From an uncultured delta proteobacterium (GTDB lineage: Bacteria > Myxococcota > Kuafuiibacteriia > Kuafuiibacteriales > Kuafuiibacteriaceae), in the NCBI GenBank assembly GCA_963803435.1, contig CAWDML010000005.1:32001-96000 (forward strand): DNA of 64,000 bases. The letters are read 5' to 3'. Under the pieces are notes generated by a model. The model was not told the origin of the DNA. It saw only the letters and a program-made list of their open reading frames with translations, and ran no database searches. Positions 49,799-61,371 of this stretch are shown here, one piece after another; position 1 is the stretch's first letter; each line of letters begins with the position of its first letter. The position numbers and the translations under genes are program-made.

Positions 49799-51986
49799 GA
49801 ATGCTCTCGAGCACGAACGCGCCGATCATCACCAGGAGCAGGATCGTGGCGAGCGCCTCGGGGCTCACGTCGCCGAGCGCCTTGGCGCGGGTCAGCGCGG
49901 TCGCCTTCGCCTCGCCGTCCCCCTCGCGACGGCCGAGCAGCACCGCCTCGGCCTCCTCCACCGAGAGCGGGCGAAGATCGGACTCGCGGGTGTCGACGTT
50001 GACGGCGAAGCCTTCCCCCTCGACCGGCTCGAGGGGGCCGGCGAACGCGGCCTCGACTTGATAGTGGCCGGGGAGGGCGGTACCGGCGAAGGCGAGGGAC
50101 GGGCCCGCGAGCTCAGGCCCCTCCCAGGCCGTCTCCTTGCCATCGGGCCCCCGGACGACGATCCGGGTGGCGCCTTCGGGGACCTGGATTTCTCGGCGTT
50201 CGCCGATGGCGGTGCGACGAGGATCGGGCTTCGCCAGAGCGTTCCCGAGGTGCAACACCAGCTGCCGCATCAAGGGGACGAAGGCGGGGCGGATCGGGAG
50301 ATCGGTGAGGTCGCGATCGATCGAGCTGGTCATCAGCACGAGTCGGCCTCGACCGGCGCGGTGCTCGATCAGCGCGGGCTGTCCGTCGGAGTACTCGGCC
50401 AGGACCGACATGTCCTTCTGGGCGCCGGGCTGGAGCAGGAGATAGGCGGCGGTCTGCGTCGACAGCAACCCGCTCAGCGCCTCACCGCGGAAGATCTCCA
50501 TGATCGGGTGCTCGAGCAGCGGGTTCGCCAGGGAGACGACGCCGCCCGAGCCGACGGCGGAGCTGACGCTGCTCCCCGACGGCAGCCGCTCCGGGGCGAC
50601 GACCTTCAGCGCGCGCAGCGGTCGGGGGAGGACGCGGCTGAGCTCGGCGTTGTAGAGCTCGGTGTCCATCTCTTCGGTGGCGGAGATCAGGAGACCGCCG
50701 CCCTTCTCCACGAAGTCGGCGAGCCGGGCGCCGTCGCTTCGAGAGAACGCGGGGACGCCTGCGAGGATCACGACGTCGAAGGCCGTGAAGTCGGCGCGCG
50801 GCAGATCGTCGGCGGTGATGACGCGCGGGGGGAGCTGATCGCCGGCGCCGGCGGCGAGCGCGCGTTCGAGATAGAAGACCTCGTCCTCCTTGGGAACACC
50901 GCTCGGTGACCCATCGACGATCAAGGTTCGCACCTGACGGCGTACGTCGACGAGCGCATAGCGGACGTCGTCCTCATAGAGCGCGTCCCGCTCGAGGGTC
51001 AGCTCCACCGGGATGTGCCCCGGGTGATCGAACGACTGGCGGATGACCTTGTCGACGATCGTACCTCCGACCAGATCGACGCTTCCCGTGAACAGATCTT
51101 CGTCCTTGGTCCGGAGCGTGATCTCGGCAGGCTCGGGGTCCTTGTCGCTCTGGGCGGCGTAGGCCTGGATGCGGGCGCGGAACTCGACGGTCCGGGGGGC
51201 CTGGCCGGGGACGCTGGTGGTGTCGAGCGCGGTGATCGCGCGGTTCGTTCGCGCCTCGGGAGGCACCTCCCCGAGGACGTCGATCAGCTCGAGGTGGGCC
51301 CGTCCGACGCCGGGGACCTCGAGATCCGCCGGTCCCTCGAAGGCGGGCTGGGCCATGTCGGTCAGGACCACCACGCGCCCCGTGACCGAGGGCGCGCCCT
51401 CCGCCGGCGCCGGTGTCCCCTCCGAGAGTGACCCCAGGGCCTTCGCGGCGGCGCTGACCGCTTCGCCCAGGCTGCCCACGGCGAAGCTGGGCTCGAGGGT
51501 GTCGAGCGCGGCCAGCAGCTTCTGCTTGGAGCCGGTGGGCCGATCGACGAGCGCGCGCGGCTTGAGCTCTGCGGCGACCAGCACCGCCTGATCCTCCGGA
51601 CCCAGGCGATCGATCATGTTTCGTGCCCGCAGGATCGCGCGGGCGAACGCCGTGGTCCGATCGTAGACGGCGCGCATCGACAGCGACGCGTCCACGACGA
51701 TCGCGACGCGCTGCGGACCGCTGTTCGCGACGGCGAGCGTCTGGTCGTCTCCGAGCAGCGGACCGGCGGCCGCCACCGCGAGCGCCGCCAGCAGCATCAC
51801 CCGGGCCAGGAGGAGTAGAAATCGCTTGAGACGCCAGCGGCGTTGAACGCGCTCGACGCTCCGCATCACCAGCTCGATCGCGGCAAACCGCTGCTTGCGG
51901 GGGCGCCGCTTGTGGATGAGGTGAATGAGGATCGGGACGGCCGCCCCCAGCAGCGCGAACAACATGATCGGCTGCACGAAGCTCAT
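49773..51986 (-). CDS. BatA-type N-terminal double-TM + vWA domain membrane protein
   Basis: PILIHLI, LLLLAR, vWA VVDASLSM, GATase-like FVEKGGGL, VNVDTRESDL, C-terminal TM. Confidence 0.88.
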   Translation of the reverse strand: MSFVQPIMLFALLGAAVPILIHLIHKRRPRKQRFAAIELVMRSVERVQRRWRLKRFLLLLARVMLLAALAVAAAGPLLGDDQTLAVANSGPQRVAIVVDASLSMRAVYDRTTAFARAILRARNMIDRLGPEDQAVLVAAELKPRALVDRPTGSKQKLLAALDTLEPSFAVGSLGEAVSAAAKALGSLSEGTPAPAEGAPSVTGRVVVLTDMAQPAFEGPADLEVPGVGRAHLELIDVLGEVPPEARTNRAITALDTTSVPGQAPRTVEFRARIQAYAAQSDKDPEPAEITLRTKDEDLFTGSVDLVGGTIVDKVIRQSFDHPGHIPVELTLERDALYEDDVRYALVDVRRQVRTLIVDGSPSGVPKEDEVFYLERALAAGAGDQLPPRVITADDLPRADFTAFDVVILAGVPAFSRSDGARLADFVEKGGGLLISATEEMDTELYNAELSRVLPRPLRALKVVAPERLPSGSSVSSAVGSGGVVSLANPLLEHPIMEIFRGEALSGLLSTQTAAYLLLQPGAQKDMSVLAEYSDGQPALIEHRAGRGRLVLMTSSIDRDLTDLPIRPAFVPLMRQLVLHLGNALAKPDPRRTAIGERREIQVPEGATRIVVRGPDGKETAWEGPELAGPSLAFAGTALPGHYQVEAAFAGPLEPVEGEGFAVNVDTRESDLRPLSVEEAEAVLLGRREGDGEAKATALTRAKALGDVSPEALATILLLVMIGAFVLESILTAQKIGR

Positions 51987-52921
51987 CGGGCGAGGGTCCT
52001 CATGCTCAGACGGCGGGCCAGAAAGGAGGCGATCAGCTGACCGGGCGAGCCGTCCGTGCGCCCCAGGTCGTACTCGACCCGCGAGGCGCGGCAGGTGTTC
52101 TCGGCACGCTCGCAGAAGCGCGCGACCTCCTCGAGGTAGGCGTCACGAATCGCGCGGGCATCGATGTGGATCCTACGATCATCCTCCATCGACTCGAAGA
52201 GCGTGCTGTCCTCGAAGGGGAAGTCGAGCTCGTCGCGGTCGAGGATGTGGAAGAGGACGACGTCGTGCTTGCGGGCGCGGAGGCGCGCCATCGCGGCCAG
52301 GGCCTCCAGACCGCCGTCGAGGAGATCGGAGAAGACGACCACGATCGAACGCCGCACCAGCCCCTCGGAGAGCGAGTCGAGCGCGGCCAGCAAGTTCGAG
52401 GGTCCCTTCGCCTCCAGGCCCTCGAGCACGGCCAGGATCTCCTGGAGGTGGCCGCGGCGCGCGCGCGAAGGGACGCGGATCTCGAGCTTGCTCGAGAACG
52501 TGGCGACCCCGGGCGCGTCGCCCTGTCGCGCCAGCACGTACGCGATGGCGCCGGCGCAGGTGGTGGCATAGGCGAGCTTGCTCAGGCGTCCGCTCGCCTC
52601 CGGATAGGCCATCGAGCCCGACTGATCGACCAGGAGCAGCGCGCGCAGGTTCGACTCGTCCTCGAAGCGCTTGATGTAGTCGCGATCGAAGCGGGCGTAG
52701 GCGCGCCAGTCCAGGTGACGGATGTTGTCGCCGGGCGAGTACTCCTTGTGCTCCGCGAACTCGACGCTGGTCCCGTGATGGCGGGAGCGGTGCATGCCGG
52801 CGAGCGCGCTGTCGGCGACGATCCGCGCGCGCAGGGCGAGGCTTCCGATGTCCGCGAGGAGATGCGGATCGAGCTCTAGGCTCCCGCGCTTCTCGAGCTC
52901 GCGGTCCGGGAGCTCGCTCAT
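51983..52921 (-). CDS. DUF58 family protein
   Basis: EFAEHKEYSPGD...DWRAYAR, VDQSGSM, FSDL. Confidence 0.93.
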   Translation of the reverse strand: MSELPDRELEKRGSLELDPHLLADIGSLALRARIVADSALAGMHRSRHHGTSVEFAEHKEYSPGDNIRHLDWRAYARFDRDYIKRFEDESNLRALLLVDQSGSMAYPEASGRLSKLAYATTCAGAIAYVLARQGDAPGVATFSSKLEIRVPSRARRGHLQEILAVLEGLEAKGPSNLLAALDSLSEGLVRRSIVVVFSDLLDGGLEALAAMARLRARKHDVVLFHILDRDELDFPFEDSTLFESMEDDRRIHIDARAIRDAYLEEVARFCERAENTCRASRVEYDLGRTDGSPGQLIASFLARRLSMRTLAR

Positions 52922-52925
52922 CGGT

Positions 52926-53960
<1,035 letters not shown>

Positions 53961-53969
53961 GGTCCTCGC

Positions 53970-55814
53970 TCAGCTGCCGGTGGCGGGTCCGGTCGTGATG
54001 GTCTGAGCACTACCATCCTCCGGCGCTTCGTTCACCACGATCACGTGGATCGACGAGGGGCCGTCGGGAGGCACCAGCATCAGCTCGAAGCGGCCGGGAT
54101 CGATGCCGAGGGGACCGGTGGGCGTGACCATCCCCGTGGGAACGTACGAGCCGGCGCCCTCCTTCCGGAGGAAGGCGCGGGAGAATGGGCGGCCCTCGAT
54201 CTGGATCAGGCCGCCCCGCCCGAGCGAAGGTTTCTCGTTGCGCACCTCGCCCTGCAGCAGCTGGAGCGCATAGGTCGCGTCCGCCCGCTCCTTCTCGTCG
54301 CCCTCCGACGTGAGCATCTCCAGGCGAAGCTGGTGGATGCGCGGATCGAACGGGTTGATGTCGATCGCGCGGGCGAGCTGCTCCTTGGCCTCGTCGAACT
54401 TCCTCCGCTGGACCAGGATCTGCGCCAGCGTCACCGCCGGGCCCGCGAGATCTTGGCGCCCCTCGAGCGCGTGGCGGGCGGCGCTCTCCGCGGAGTCGAG
54501 ATCGCCGGTGGCGAGGGCGACCATCGCGAGCTTGGCCGAGATGAGCGGCGACTGGGTCTCGGTCAGCGCCTTCTCCAGCTCCTTCTGTGCCGCCACCATC
54601 CGGCCGCGCGCGAACAGGAGGTCGGCGGCACGCGCATAGCGCCGGCCCTTCTTCGAGAGACCGTGCAGCTTGTCGTCCGGCTCGTCGGCTCGCTCCTTCA
54701 GCACCAGCTTGGTGTCGCTGGTAGTGCTCGCGCGCTTGATCGGACGCGTCAGGAGTGACTTCTTCCACTTGGCCTCGAGCGTGTCGAGCGACTCCCCGTA
54801 GACCTCCTCGATCGCCTGCGCATCGGTGAGCCCGCGCGACATCGACTTGAGGAGCTGGCGGATGCCCGGCCAACCCTTCTTGCCCACCAGGTACTCGATG
54901 AACGTGAACACCTCGGAGAACGCCAGGCTGGTGTCCTCGTGAGTCGGAAGCTTGGCCATCGACGGATGCATCTTCTCGAACGGGATCAGCCGCTTCTTTT
55001 GTGCGGCCACCTTGAGCTTCTCCTGCTGCTCGACCGAGATCCCCAGCCCGGGCTCGGCGCGCCACGAGGTCTCGACGTACTTGGCGATCCCCTCGTGCAG
55101 CCAGATCGGAACCGTGTTCTTCGAGGCGCCGCCGATGATCAGGTGCGCGAGCTCGTGCGCGAGCGTGTCACGCCACGAGTAGCCGAACACCACCGCGCGC
55201 GGTGTCGTGATCATGAGGCGGTTCCAGCGGCACAGAGCGATCGTGCCGGAGTTCTCGATCTCCTCCTTGGTCAGCGAGGAGACCGCCGAGAGTGTCGCCG
55301 GCGTGGGATAGATCTCGACGGCGATCCGGGTGTCCGGCTTCCAGCCCAAAAGATCGCCGATCCGATCCCGCGCCAGATCGAGCGTCTCGATCGCGTGCGG
55401 CACCAGGATGGCGTCACGACCGGGCGTGTAGCGGAGCAGGAAATGCTCGCCCACGTGCTCGGCGTAGCCGTCGGTGGCGACGCGCGCGGCCTCGGCCAGA
55501 GACTTGTCGGAGAGCAGCTCGGTCGGCGCACCGGCGTGCTCGGCGCGGTTGAAGTAGTCGACCGCCCCCGCGTAGTCCGACATGTGCATCTTCACCTCGG
55601 CGATCAACGCCAGGGTCAGTGGATCGTCCGGATCGTCGCGATACAGCTCCTCGGCCTGTTTCCGCGCCTCGTCGATCTGCCAGGCCTGAACCGCCCGCAG
55701 TCCGTCGATCCCCCGCCGCGCTTTCGCCAGATCGTCGGGATCGTGCTGCGCAAACGCCGCGGTCGACCACACCATGGCCATCAGACACGCGATCGAAAGC
55801 TTGGCCCGAGTCAC
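53970..55814 (-). CDS. Secreted TPR-containing peptidase MA-family metalloprotein
   Basis: Signal peptide, TPR-like helices, HELAH...PIWLHEG. Confidence 0.85.
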   Translation of the reverse strand: MTRAKLSIACLMAMVWSTAAFAQHDPDDLAKARRGIDGLRAVQAWQIDEARKQAEELYRDDPDDPLTLALIAEVKMHMSDYAGAVDYFNRAEHAGAPTELLSDKSLAEAARVATDGYAEHVGEHFLLRYTPGRDAILVPHAIETLDLARDRIGDLLGWKPDTRIAVEIYPTPATLSAVSSLTKEEIENSGTIALCRWNRLMITTPRAVVFGYSWRDTLAHELAHLIIGGASKNTVPIWLHEGIAKYVETSWRAEPGLGISVEQQEKLKVAAQKKRLIPFEKMHPSMAKLPTHEDTSLAFSEVFTFIEYLVGKKGWPGIRQLLKSMSRGLTDAQAIEEVYGESLDTLEAKWKKSLLTRPIKRASTTSDTKLVLKERADEPDDKLHGLSKKGRRYARAADLLFARGRMVAAQKELEKALTETQSPLISAKLAMVALATGDLDSAESAARHALEGRQDLAGPAVTLAQILVQRRKFDEAKEQLARAIDINPFDPRIHQLRLEMLTSEGDEKERADATYALQLLQGEVRNEKPSLGRGGLIQIEGRPFSRAFLRKEGAGSYVPTGMVTPTGPLGIDPGRFELMLVPPDGPSSIHVIVVNEAPEDGSAQTITTGPATGS

Positions 55815-58800
55815 TTGACGAGCTCCTCGTAGTAGCGGCGCACGGCGTCTCGGTACTGCTCGACGGTCCCCTGCTTGGCCGCCTCCAGGATGTCCTCGCG
55901 GAACTCGGCGGGCGCCTTGTACTGATCCGGCTGCGGGATCTCCACCTTCTGGAGCGGATCGTTGTTGCCCGTGTTGCCCTCCCTCTCTCCTGAGCTCTGG
56001 GGCTGTCCGAACGGCAGCGGGACGCGGTTGCTCTGACTGCCCCCCTGGCCTCCTTGATCACCCATCTTCTCGAGCTCCTGCTTGAGCCGTTGGAGCGCGT
56101 CGAGGGCGCGGCGCTCCTGGTTGAGCGCGGAGGGTGCGTCGCCGCCGCCGAGGCTCTGCTCGGCCTCGCCCATCGCCTGGCCGGTCTCGTCGACCATCCC
56201 CTTCGTCTCGGGTCCGACGATCGGGAGCTGCTGTCCCAGGCGTTCCAGATCCTCCCCGAGCTTCTGGGCGTGGTCCTGTAGATCCTTCTGCCGCTTCTGG
56301 TACTGGCCGAGCTTCTGCTTCTCCGCTTCCGACATCAGCGTGTCGGGCGGCGGCATGAGCTTCTCGATGTCCTCCAGGACCTGCTCCACGATCGGTCGCG
56401 ACTTGCGCAGCTCCTTCTCCATGCGTTCGGAGCTCTTCCCTACGCCGAAGAAGTCGCCGAACCGCCGCGAGTGATCCATGCGCCGCCGCGCCTCCTGCTC
56501 GAGGTGGTTCATCTGCTGATCGGCGCGCTCCAGGACCTCCCGGGCGGCACCGAAGTCACGGGCCGAGAGCGCCCGCTTGCCGTCCTCGAGCCGGGCCTCG
56601 GCCATCTCGAACTCCTCTGAGTCGGGCATGCTGCGGTCGGGCCGCACCTTCTCCATCGACGCTTGCGCCTGCTCCAGCCGCTTCACCTGCTTCTCGACGA
56701 AGCTCTTCGGATCGCCGAGCCGATCCTTCATTCGATCGAGGACGTCCTTCGACATCTTCTCCGTCTTTTGCGCCAGGTCGCGCTGATCGCGCTCGAGCTG
56801 CTCGAGGTTGTCCCAGAGCTGCTGCGCCTGCTCGGTGATCTCGCTGTACTCGCGGCTGCCCAGCTCCTGGCGGCCGTTCTGGAGCGCAGACAGCATCTGT
56901 TCGGTCTGGGAGAGCATCTTGTCGAGCGCCTGCATTGCGCTCTCGAGATCGCCCTCCTCGAGCATGCGCTGGACCTCGTCCATCTCCTTCTGGGAGCTCT
57001 TCATCTCCAGCGCGTCGGAGTTCACGAAGTCCTGCGGGATCTGACCGGAGAGCTTCGCCATCTCGCGCATGATCTCGTCGATGCGGCGGCGGATCTCCTT
57101 GATCGCCTCGGCCAGCACGCGCCGCTTCTCGTCGGTGGGCGCGCTCTTGTACTCGTCGAGGGCCTGCTTGAGCGCCTGCTGCTGCTCGCGCAGCTCCTTG
57201 GCCAGCTGCTCGGCGTCGATCAGTCGCTGATCGTTGAGGAGGTCCGCCAGGTAGACGACGTTCTTCTCCAGCGAGCTCACCATCTTGTCCTGGGACTGGC
57301 TCACCGAGCGGGAGCGGCCGTCCAGCGGGCGGCGGGTTCGTTCCAGTACCCGCGCGGCGCCCAGGTGGGCGTTGCGCATGCGGCGCGCGTCGGTGCGAAG
57401 CGAGATGCGGGCGTGCTCGAAGGCGTCGGCCACCTGCGGGCGTCCCAGCGGATCCTTCTTGATGGCCGCGACGGTCTTCTTGAGGAGATCGTCCGCGTTG
57501 AGCGCGCGGTCGACGATGCCCTTGACCGCCTCGAGCATCTTCTGGTGGCGCTCGATCTCCGCGTTGACGTCGAACGCCCGCTCGAGATTGTCGCCGAGGA
57601 TGTGGACCAGCTCGTCCAGCGCCTGCTCCTGGAGCGCGAGCACCTGCTCGTGGTGCGCTTTCTTGGAGTAGATGCGGAGCTCCTTGGTTTCGCTGGCGCC
57701 GATCTTCGGGCCGTTGACGGTGTCGTTGTCGCGGGCCTCGATGCTGTACGCGACCCGGTCGCCCGGCTTGAGGGCGAGCGAGGCCAGATCCATCTGAGCG
57801 CCGCCGGTGTAGCGGTCGAGGCCGGTGGCCGCCGAGGTCAGCCGCACGTGGCCCTCGCGCGCGGAGCCGAGGACGCGCCAGGCCACCGCGATCTCGCCCA
57901 GCGCGAAGTCGTCCTTCGCGGAGAAGAACAGCTGGACTCGATCGTTCTCGTTGACCTCGAGCGGGCTCTCCTTGGGCTCGAGCATCGTGACCTCGGGCGG
58001 GTCGTCGAGCTCGAGCTCGATCTCGTGGCCGCGACGCTCCCGCATCAGCTCGCCGTCCAGGCCGGTGATCTCGAAGCGATAGCGGCCGCTCCGCGAGAGG
58101 ACAAACGTGGCGGTGAGGCGCCGGCCGCTGACCTCGACCCCGATCTTGGTGGGCTCGGTCTGGGCGTCGTCGCCGTTCGAGACCAGGAGCGTGCCGCGGG
58201 CGATCTCGTGGCGCGCGCTGGTCTCGATCACGACTTCAGTTCCGGGGAGCGCGCGGATCGCGCCGTTGGCGCTGGTGATCGTGCGCGGGGGCCGCTCGCT
58301 GTACGCGGGCGAGCGGTACGTGATGCGGATGTCGCCGAGGCGCGGATCGGGCGGAACGCGCTCGAGGGCCTCGTCGATGCGATCCATCGAGGTGATCGAG
58401 AGGAGCGCGGTCTCGAGATACTCGGGCGCGAGCATCGCCACCAACACGGCGACGCCGGCGGCGCCGAGCGCAGTACCGAGACGGCGGTTGAGCGAGCGCT
58501 TGGTCTCGGTCCGGACGACCTGGGCCGCGCCGATCGCCTCGATCTCGGTCCGCGTCTGCTCGACGGCCGCCTCGCCGAGCGCCGCGCTCTCTCCGTACCG
58601 CCCCCCATCGCGGACAATCTCGACGGCGGACAGCAGGCTTGCGTGGGGCCTGGCCGCGTCGTCGAGGGCGCGGTCTAGCCACTGGGCGACCGACTCGTCC
58701 CGCGCGAGGCCGCCGCCGAGCAGGCGTCCATACCGTAACAACGCGAACGAGATCGCGCCGGCCAGCACCGCGATCTCGACGCTCGCCACCACCAGATCGG

Positions 58801-58969
58801 AGAGGCGGAGAAAGGCCGCCAGCGCACCGATGAGCAGCGCGCCGACCAGGCCGCTGGTGAGGACGAGGAACCCTTCGGCGAAGGCCGCCCGTCGAAGCCG
58901 TCTCCGGGCGTCCCCGAGGAGCCGCTGAAGAGATGCGCCGGCGGTCTCGGCGGACATATTGGGAGACAT
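55811..58969 (-). CDS. DUF4175-like membrane protein with long coiled coil
   Basis: N-terminal TMs, PAYS, AKDDFAL, LKPGD...EARDND, long Q/E coiled coil, YRDAVRRYYEEL tail. Confidence 0.82.
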   Translation of the reverse strand: MSPNMSAETAGASLQRLLGDARRRLRRAAFAEGFLVLTSGLVGALLIGALAAFLRLSDLVVASVEIAVLAGAISFALLRYGRLLGGGLARDESVAQWLDRALDDAARPHASLLSAVEIVRDGGRYGESAALGEAAVEQTRTEIEAIGAAQVVRTETKRSLNRRLGTALGAAGVAVLVAMLAPEYLETALLSITSMDRIDEALERVPPDPRLGDIRITYRSPAYSERPPRTITSANGAIRALPGTEVVIETSARHEIARGTLLVSNGDDAQTEPTKIGVEVSGRRLTATFVLSRSGRYRFEITGLDGELMRERRGHEIELELDDPPEVTMLEPKESPLEVNENDRVQLFFSAKDDFALGEIAVAWRVLGSAREGHVRLTSAATGLDRYTGGAQMDLASLALKPGDRVAYSIEARDNDTVNGPKIGASETKELRIYSKKAHHEQVLALQEQALDELVHILGDNLERAFDVNAEIERHQKMLEAVKGIVDRALNADDLLKKTVAAIKKDPLGRPQVADAFEHARISLRTDARRMRNAHLGAARVLERTRRPLDGRSRSVSQSQDKMVSSLEKNVVYLADLLNDQRLIDAEQLAKELREQQQALKQALDEYKSAPTDEKRRVLAEAIKEIRRRIDEIMREMAKLSGQIPQDFVNSDALEMKSSQKEMDEVQRMLEEGDLESAMQALDKMLSQTEQMLSALQNGRQELGSREYSEITEQAQQLWDNLEQLERDQRDLAQKTEKMSKDVLDRMKDRLGDPKSFVEKQVKRLEQAQASMEKVRPDRSMPDSEEFEMAEARLEDGKRALSARDFGAAREVLERADQQMNHLEQEARRRMDHSRRFGDFFGVGKSSERMEKELRKSRPIVEQVLEDIEKLMPPPDTLMSEAEKQKLGQYQKRQKDLQDHAQKLGEDLERLGQQLPIVGPETKGMVDETGQAMGEAEQSLGGGDAPSALNQERRALDALQRLKQELEKMGDQGGQGGSQSNRVPLPFGQPQSSGEREGNTGNNDPLQKVEIPQPDQYKAPAEFREDILEAAKQGTVEQYRDAVRRYYEELVK

Positions 58970-59131
58970 TACCACGCGGTACGGGACAAACGGACGAGCG
59001 CGTGGCACCCTTCCAAGACCGGACGAATCGGTCGAGGAAGCGTTGAAACCCTCAGATGAGGGCCGTCACCGCGGCGTCGAATGAATCGTCCGAGCGGCGG
59101 GTCCGTCCTACCCCCTGTGAAGCCTGAGGCC

Positions 59132-59776
59132 ATGGCGTCGAAGAAAGAGGCCCGTGAGGCGGAGGCGACCGAGGACCGCGAGCTGGTCGAGAAGGCCAGA
59201 ACCGGGGACCGCCGCGCCTTCGGAAAGCTGGTCGAGAAGTATCAGCGACGGGTGTATTCGCTGGCGTTCGGCATCCTCCGCCAGCGGGAGGACGCCTGGG
59301 ACGTCGCGCAAGAAGCGTTCGTGAAGGCGTACAAGAAGCTCGATCGCTTCGAGGGGAGCGCCGCGTTCTATACCTGGCTCTACCGGATCACCTACAACCT
59401 CAGCATCGATACGCTCCGCGAGAAGTCTCGGCGTGAGACGGTCGACCTCGACGAGAGCCGGCGGTTGGAAGAAGCGCTGGAAGGCGAGCACCTCCCGCAC
59501 GAGCACCCCGACCAGATGGCGCAGCGCAAGGAGCTCCACCGTGTGCTCCAGGAGGCGATGAGCCGCCTGACCGACAAGCACCGGGCGATCATCGTGCTCC
59601 GGGAGGTCGAGGGCCTGAGCTACGAGGAGATGGCGGACGTGCTCGGCATCTCGAAGGGCACGGTCATGAGCCGCCTCTTCCACGCGCGCCAGAACCTCCA
59701 GAACCTGTTGCAACCGTACGTGAAGCGGGGCGAGGACGTCCCGCAGAGCCTCAAGCTCGCCGTGCAAGGAGTTTGA
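59132..59776 (+). CDS. ECF RNA polymerase sigma factor (RpoE-like)
   Basis: DAWDVAQEAFVKAY, FYTWLYRI, LREVEGLSYEEMA, GTVMSRLFHAR. Confidence 0.95.
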   Translation: MASKKEAREAEATEDRELVEKARTGDRRAFGKLVEKYQRRVYSLAFGILRQREDAWDVAQEAFVKAYKKLDRFEGSAAFYTWLYRITYNLSIDTLREKSRRETVDLDESRRLEEALEGEHLPHEHPDQMAQRKELHRVLQEAMSRLTDKHRAIIVLREVEGLSYEEMADVLGISKGTVMSRLFHARQNLQNLLQPYVKRGEDVPQSLKLAVQGV

Positions 59777-60315
59777 CCGTGGTCGATCGTGAAAGAGACG
59801 AGCTGACGGTCGCCGAGCTCCTCACGGAGGCGACGGAAGAAGAGATCGCGCGGCGCGACGGCGAGTGGGACGCGTTCACCTGTTCGGTGTTTCGCAGGCT
59901 CGACGCGGAGGCGGTCGCGCATCAGCGCGCCGACCTGGAGGCGCAGGCGATCGCGCTGTTCAAGCAGGAGATCGACCTCGAGCTCTCCGAGCTCTCGCCC
60001 GGCTTCGAGGAGGCCTTCAAGGAGAGCGTCGAGAAGCGCATCTTCCAGTCGGCGATCGTGCCCAGCTGGACGCATCGGCTGAGCGCGTGGTTCGAGCGCG
60101 CCCGCGGCGACGGCTTCGGTCTCGGCTGGGCGGGTGCAGCGGCGGCCGTGGTGCTGCTGGTCTTCGCGGCCGGCACCATGCAGACGGGCACCCAGATCGA
60201 CGACACGCTGATGGACGGACACGTGGCGGTCCAGGAGATCAGCTTCGAAGGCGACGTCACCGTCCTCCCCGACGACGGCGTGACGATCATTTGGCTCGAC
60301 GGATCCGCGACCTGA
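59773..60315 (+). CDS. Putative membrane anti-sigma factor
   Basis: Overlaps the sigma stop; acidic N-domain, one TM, short periplasmic tail ending TIIWL. Confidence 0.65.
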   Translation: MTVVDRERDELTVAELLTEATEEEIARRDGEWDAFTCSVFRRLDAEAVAHQRADLEAQAIALFKQEIDLELSELSPGFEEAFKESVEKRIFQSAIVPSWTHRLSAWFERARGDGFGLGWAGAAAAVVLLVFAAGTMQTGTQIDDTLMDGHVAVQEISFEGDVTVLPDDGVTIIWLDGSAT

Positions 60316-60329
60316 AGTTAGGAAGGGCC

Positions 60330-60782
60330 ATGGCCCGAGCGCTCTCATCTCTCCTCGCTCTTGCGGTGGCGCTCGGTTTTTCGCCCCGGGCGGAGGCCGG
60401 CCCGCCCGCGGTCAAGGTGACGATCCTGGTGATCGAGGCGACGCGCAAGAGCGGCGCGTTCGACCCGCGGATCGCCAAGCTCAAGGCCAAGATCGAGCAG
60501 GCCGGCTACAAGAGCGCTCAGGTGCTCGACGAGCTGTCCCACCACGAGATCGAGGTCGGGTCGCGGGTCTCGCTCCAGATGCCTTCGAAGAAGCAGACGC
60601 TGAGCGTGAAGGTCCTCGAGGTGACGAAGGATCAGCGGATCAAGCTGCAGGTGGCCATCGAGGGGATGAAGTTCGAGACCACCACCACGCACACGAACGG
60701 TGGGATCCTGCTGGTGGTCATTCCTCAGAAGGACGCACAGAAGGCGATGATGCTGGGCGTGACGCCGACGCTGGTTCCGTAG
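60330..60782 (+). CDS. Secreted hypothetical protein, third gene of the ECF operon
   Basis: Signal peptide ending AEA; beta-rich mature part. Confidence 0.7.
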   Translation: MARALSSLLALAVALGFSPRAEAGPPAVKVTILVIEATRKSGAFDPRIAKLKAKIEQAGYKSAQVLDELSHHEIEVGSRVSLQMPSKKQTLSVKVLEVTKDQRIKLQVAIEGMKFETTTTHTNGGILLVVIPQKDAQKAMMLGVTPTLVP

Positions 60783-60883
60783 CTGGGCGCCCCCACCGGT
60801 GATGGCCCGCTAGGAGCGTGTAGCGCGTAGCGCTACCGCGAGCCCGGTCCGGGTCCCGGTCCCGGTCCCGGTCCCGATGGCGA

Positions 60884-61252
60884 TCATGCAGCCCGGCGTG
60901 CGTTCATCGACTTGATGAGGCGCGTGAGCATCTCGACAACGCGCTTGAGCTTGGCTCTGGCGGCTTGGACCTTCTGCTCGTTGGTGAGTCGGCGCCTCAA
61001 GCAGGTGTGGAGTGAGGCGGCGCTTTCGGTGCCAGAGCGAAGTGCCATCCGGTAGAAGCGAGCCTTCTCAGGTGGATTGAACTCTCCGGCGCCCTCGGCG
61101 GTGTTGTTCACGATGGAATCGGATGCCCGCCGAAGCTGATCGCGGACGTGAGCGTGACCGGGTTGCAGTTCTTGTGCGATCTCTTCAGCGATGTCGGCCT
61201 ACTCGACGGCGAGCTGGTAGACCTCGAGCTTCTCGTGATCGAAAGTGACCAT
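60884..61252 (-). pseudogene. Four-helix-bundle protein (TIGR02436 / 23S rRNA IVP-like) with an in-frame TAG at codon 18
   Basis: MVTFDHEKLEVYQLAVE*ADIAEE...DQLRRASDSIVNNTAEGAG...ARFYRMALRSGTESAA; stop at 61199-61201. Confidence 0.85.
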
Positions 61253-61371
61253 GCAAGCTAGCTTGCGGTAGCTCGTCCACTTTGACCAGCAGAAGTTCTT
61301 GGAGGTCGTTTCGTCTGGAATCGATCGTTGGGCGGATCGACTTCGACGCCTGGACTTGATCCCATGGTTTC

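Noticed and set aside
61199-61201. Recoded TAG (readthrough or pyrrolysine) in the four-helix-bundle gene
   Set aside because: TAG is an ordinary stop in many genes here and the neighbouring transposase is also decayed; a nonsense mutation is simpler.
60884-61252. Diversity-generating retroelement, since the four-helix bundle resembles Avd
   Set aside because: No reverse transcriptase and no template/variable repeat pair with adenine-specific differences in the window.
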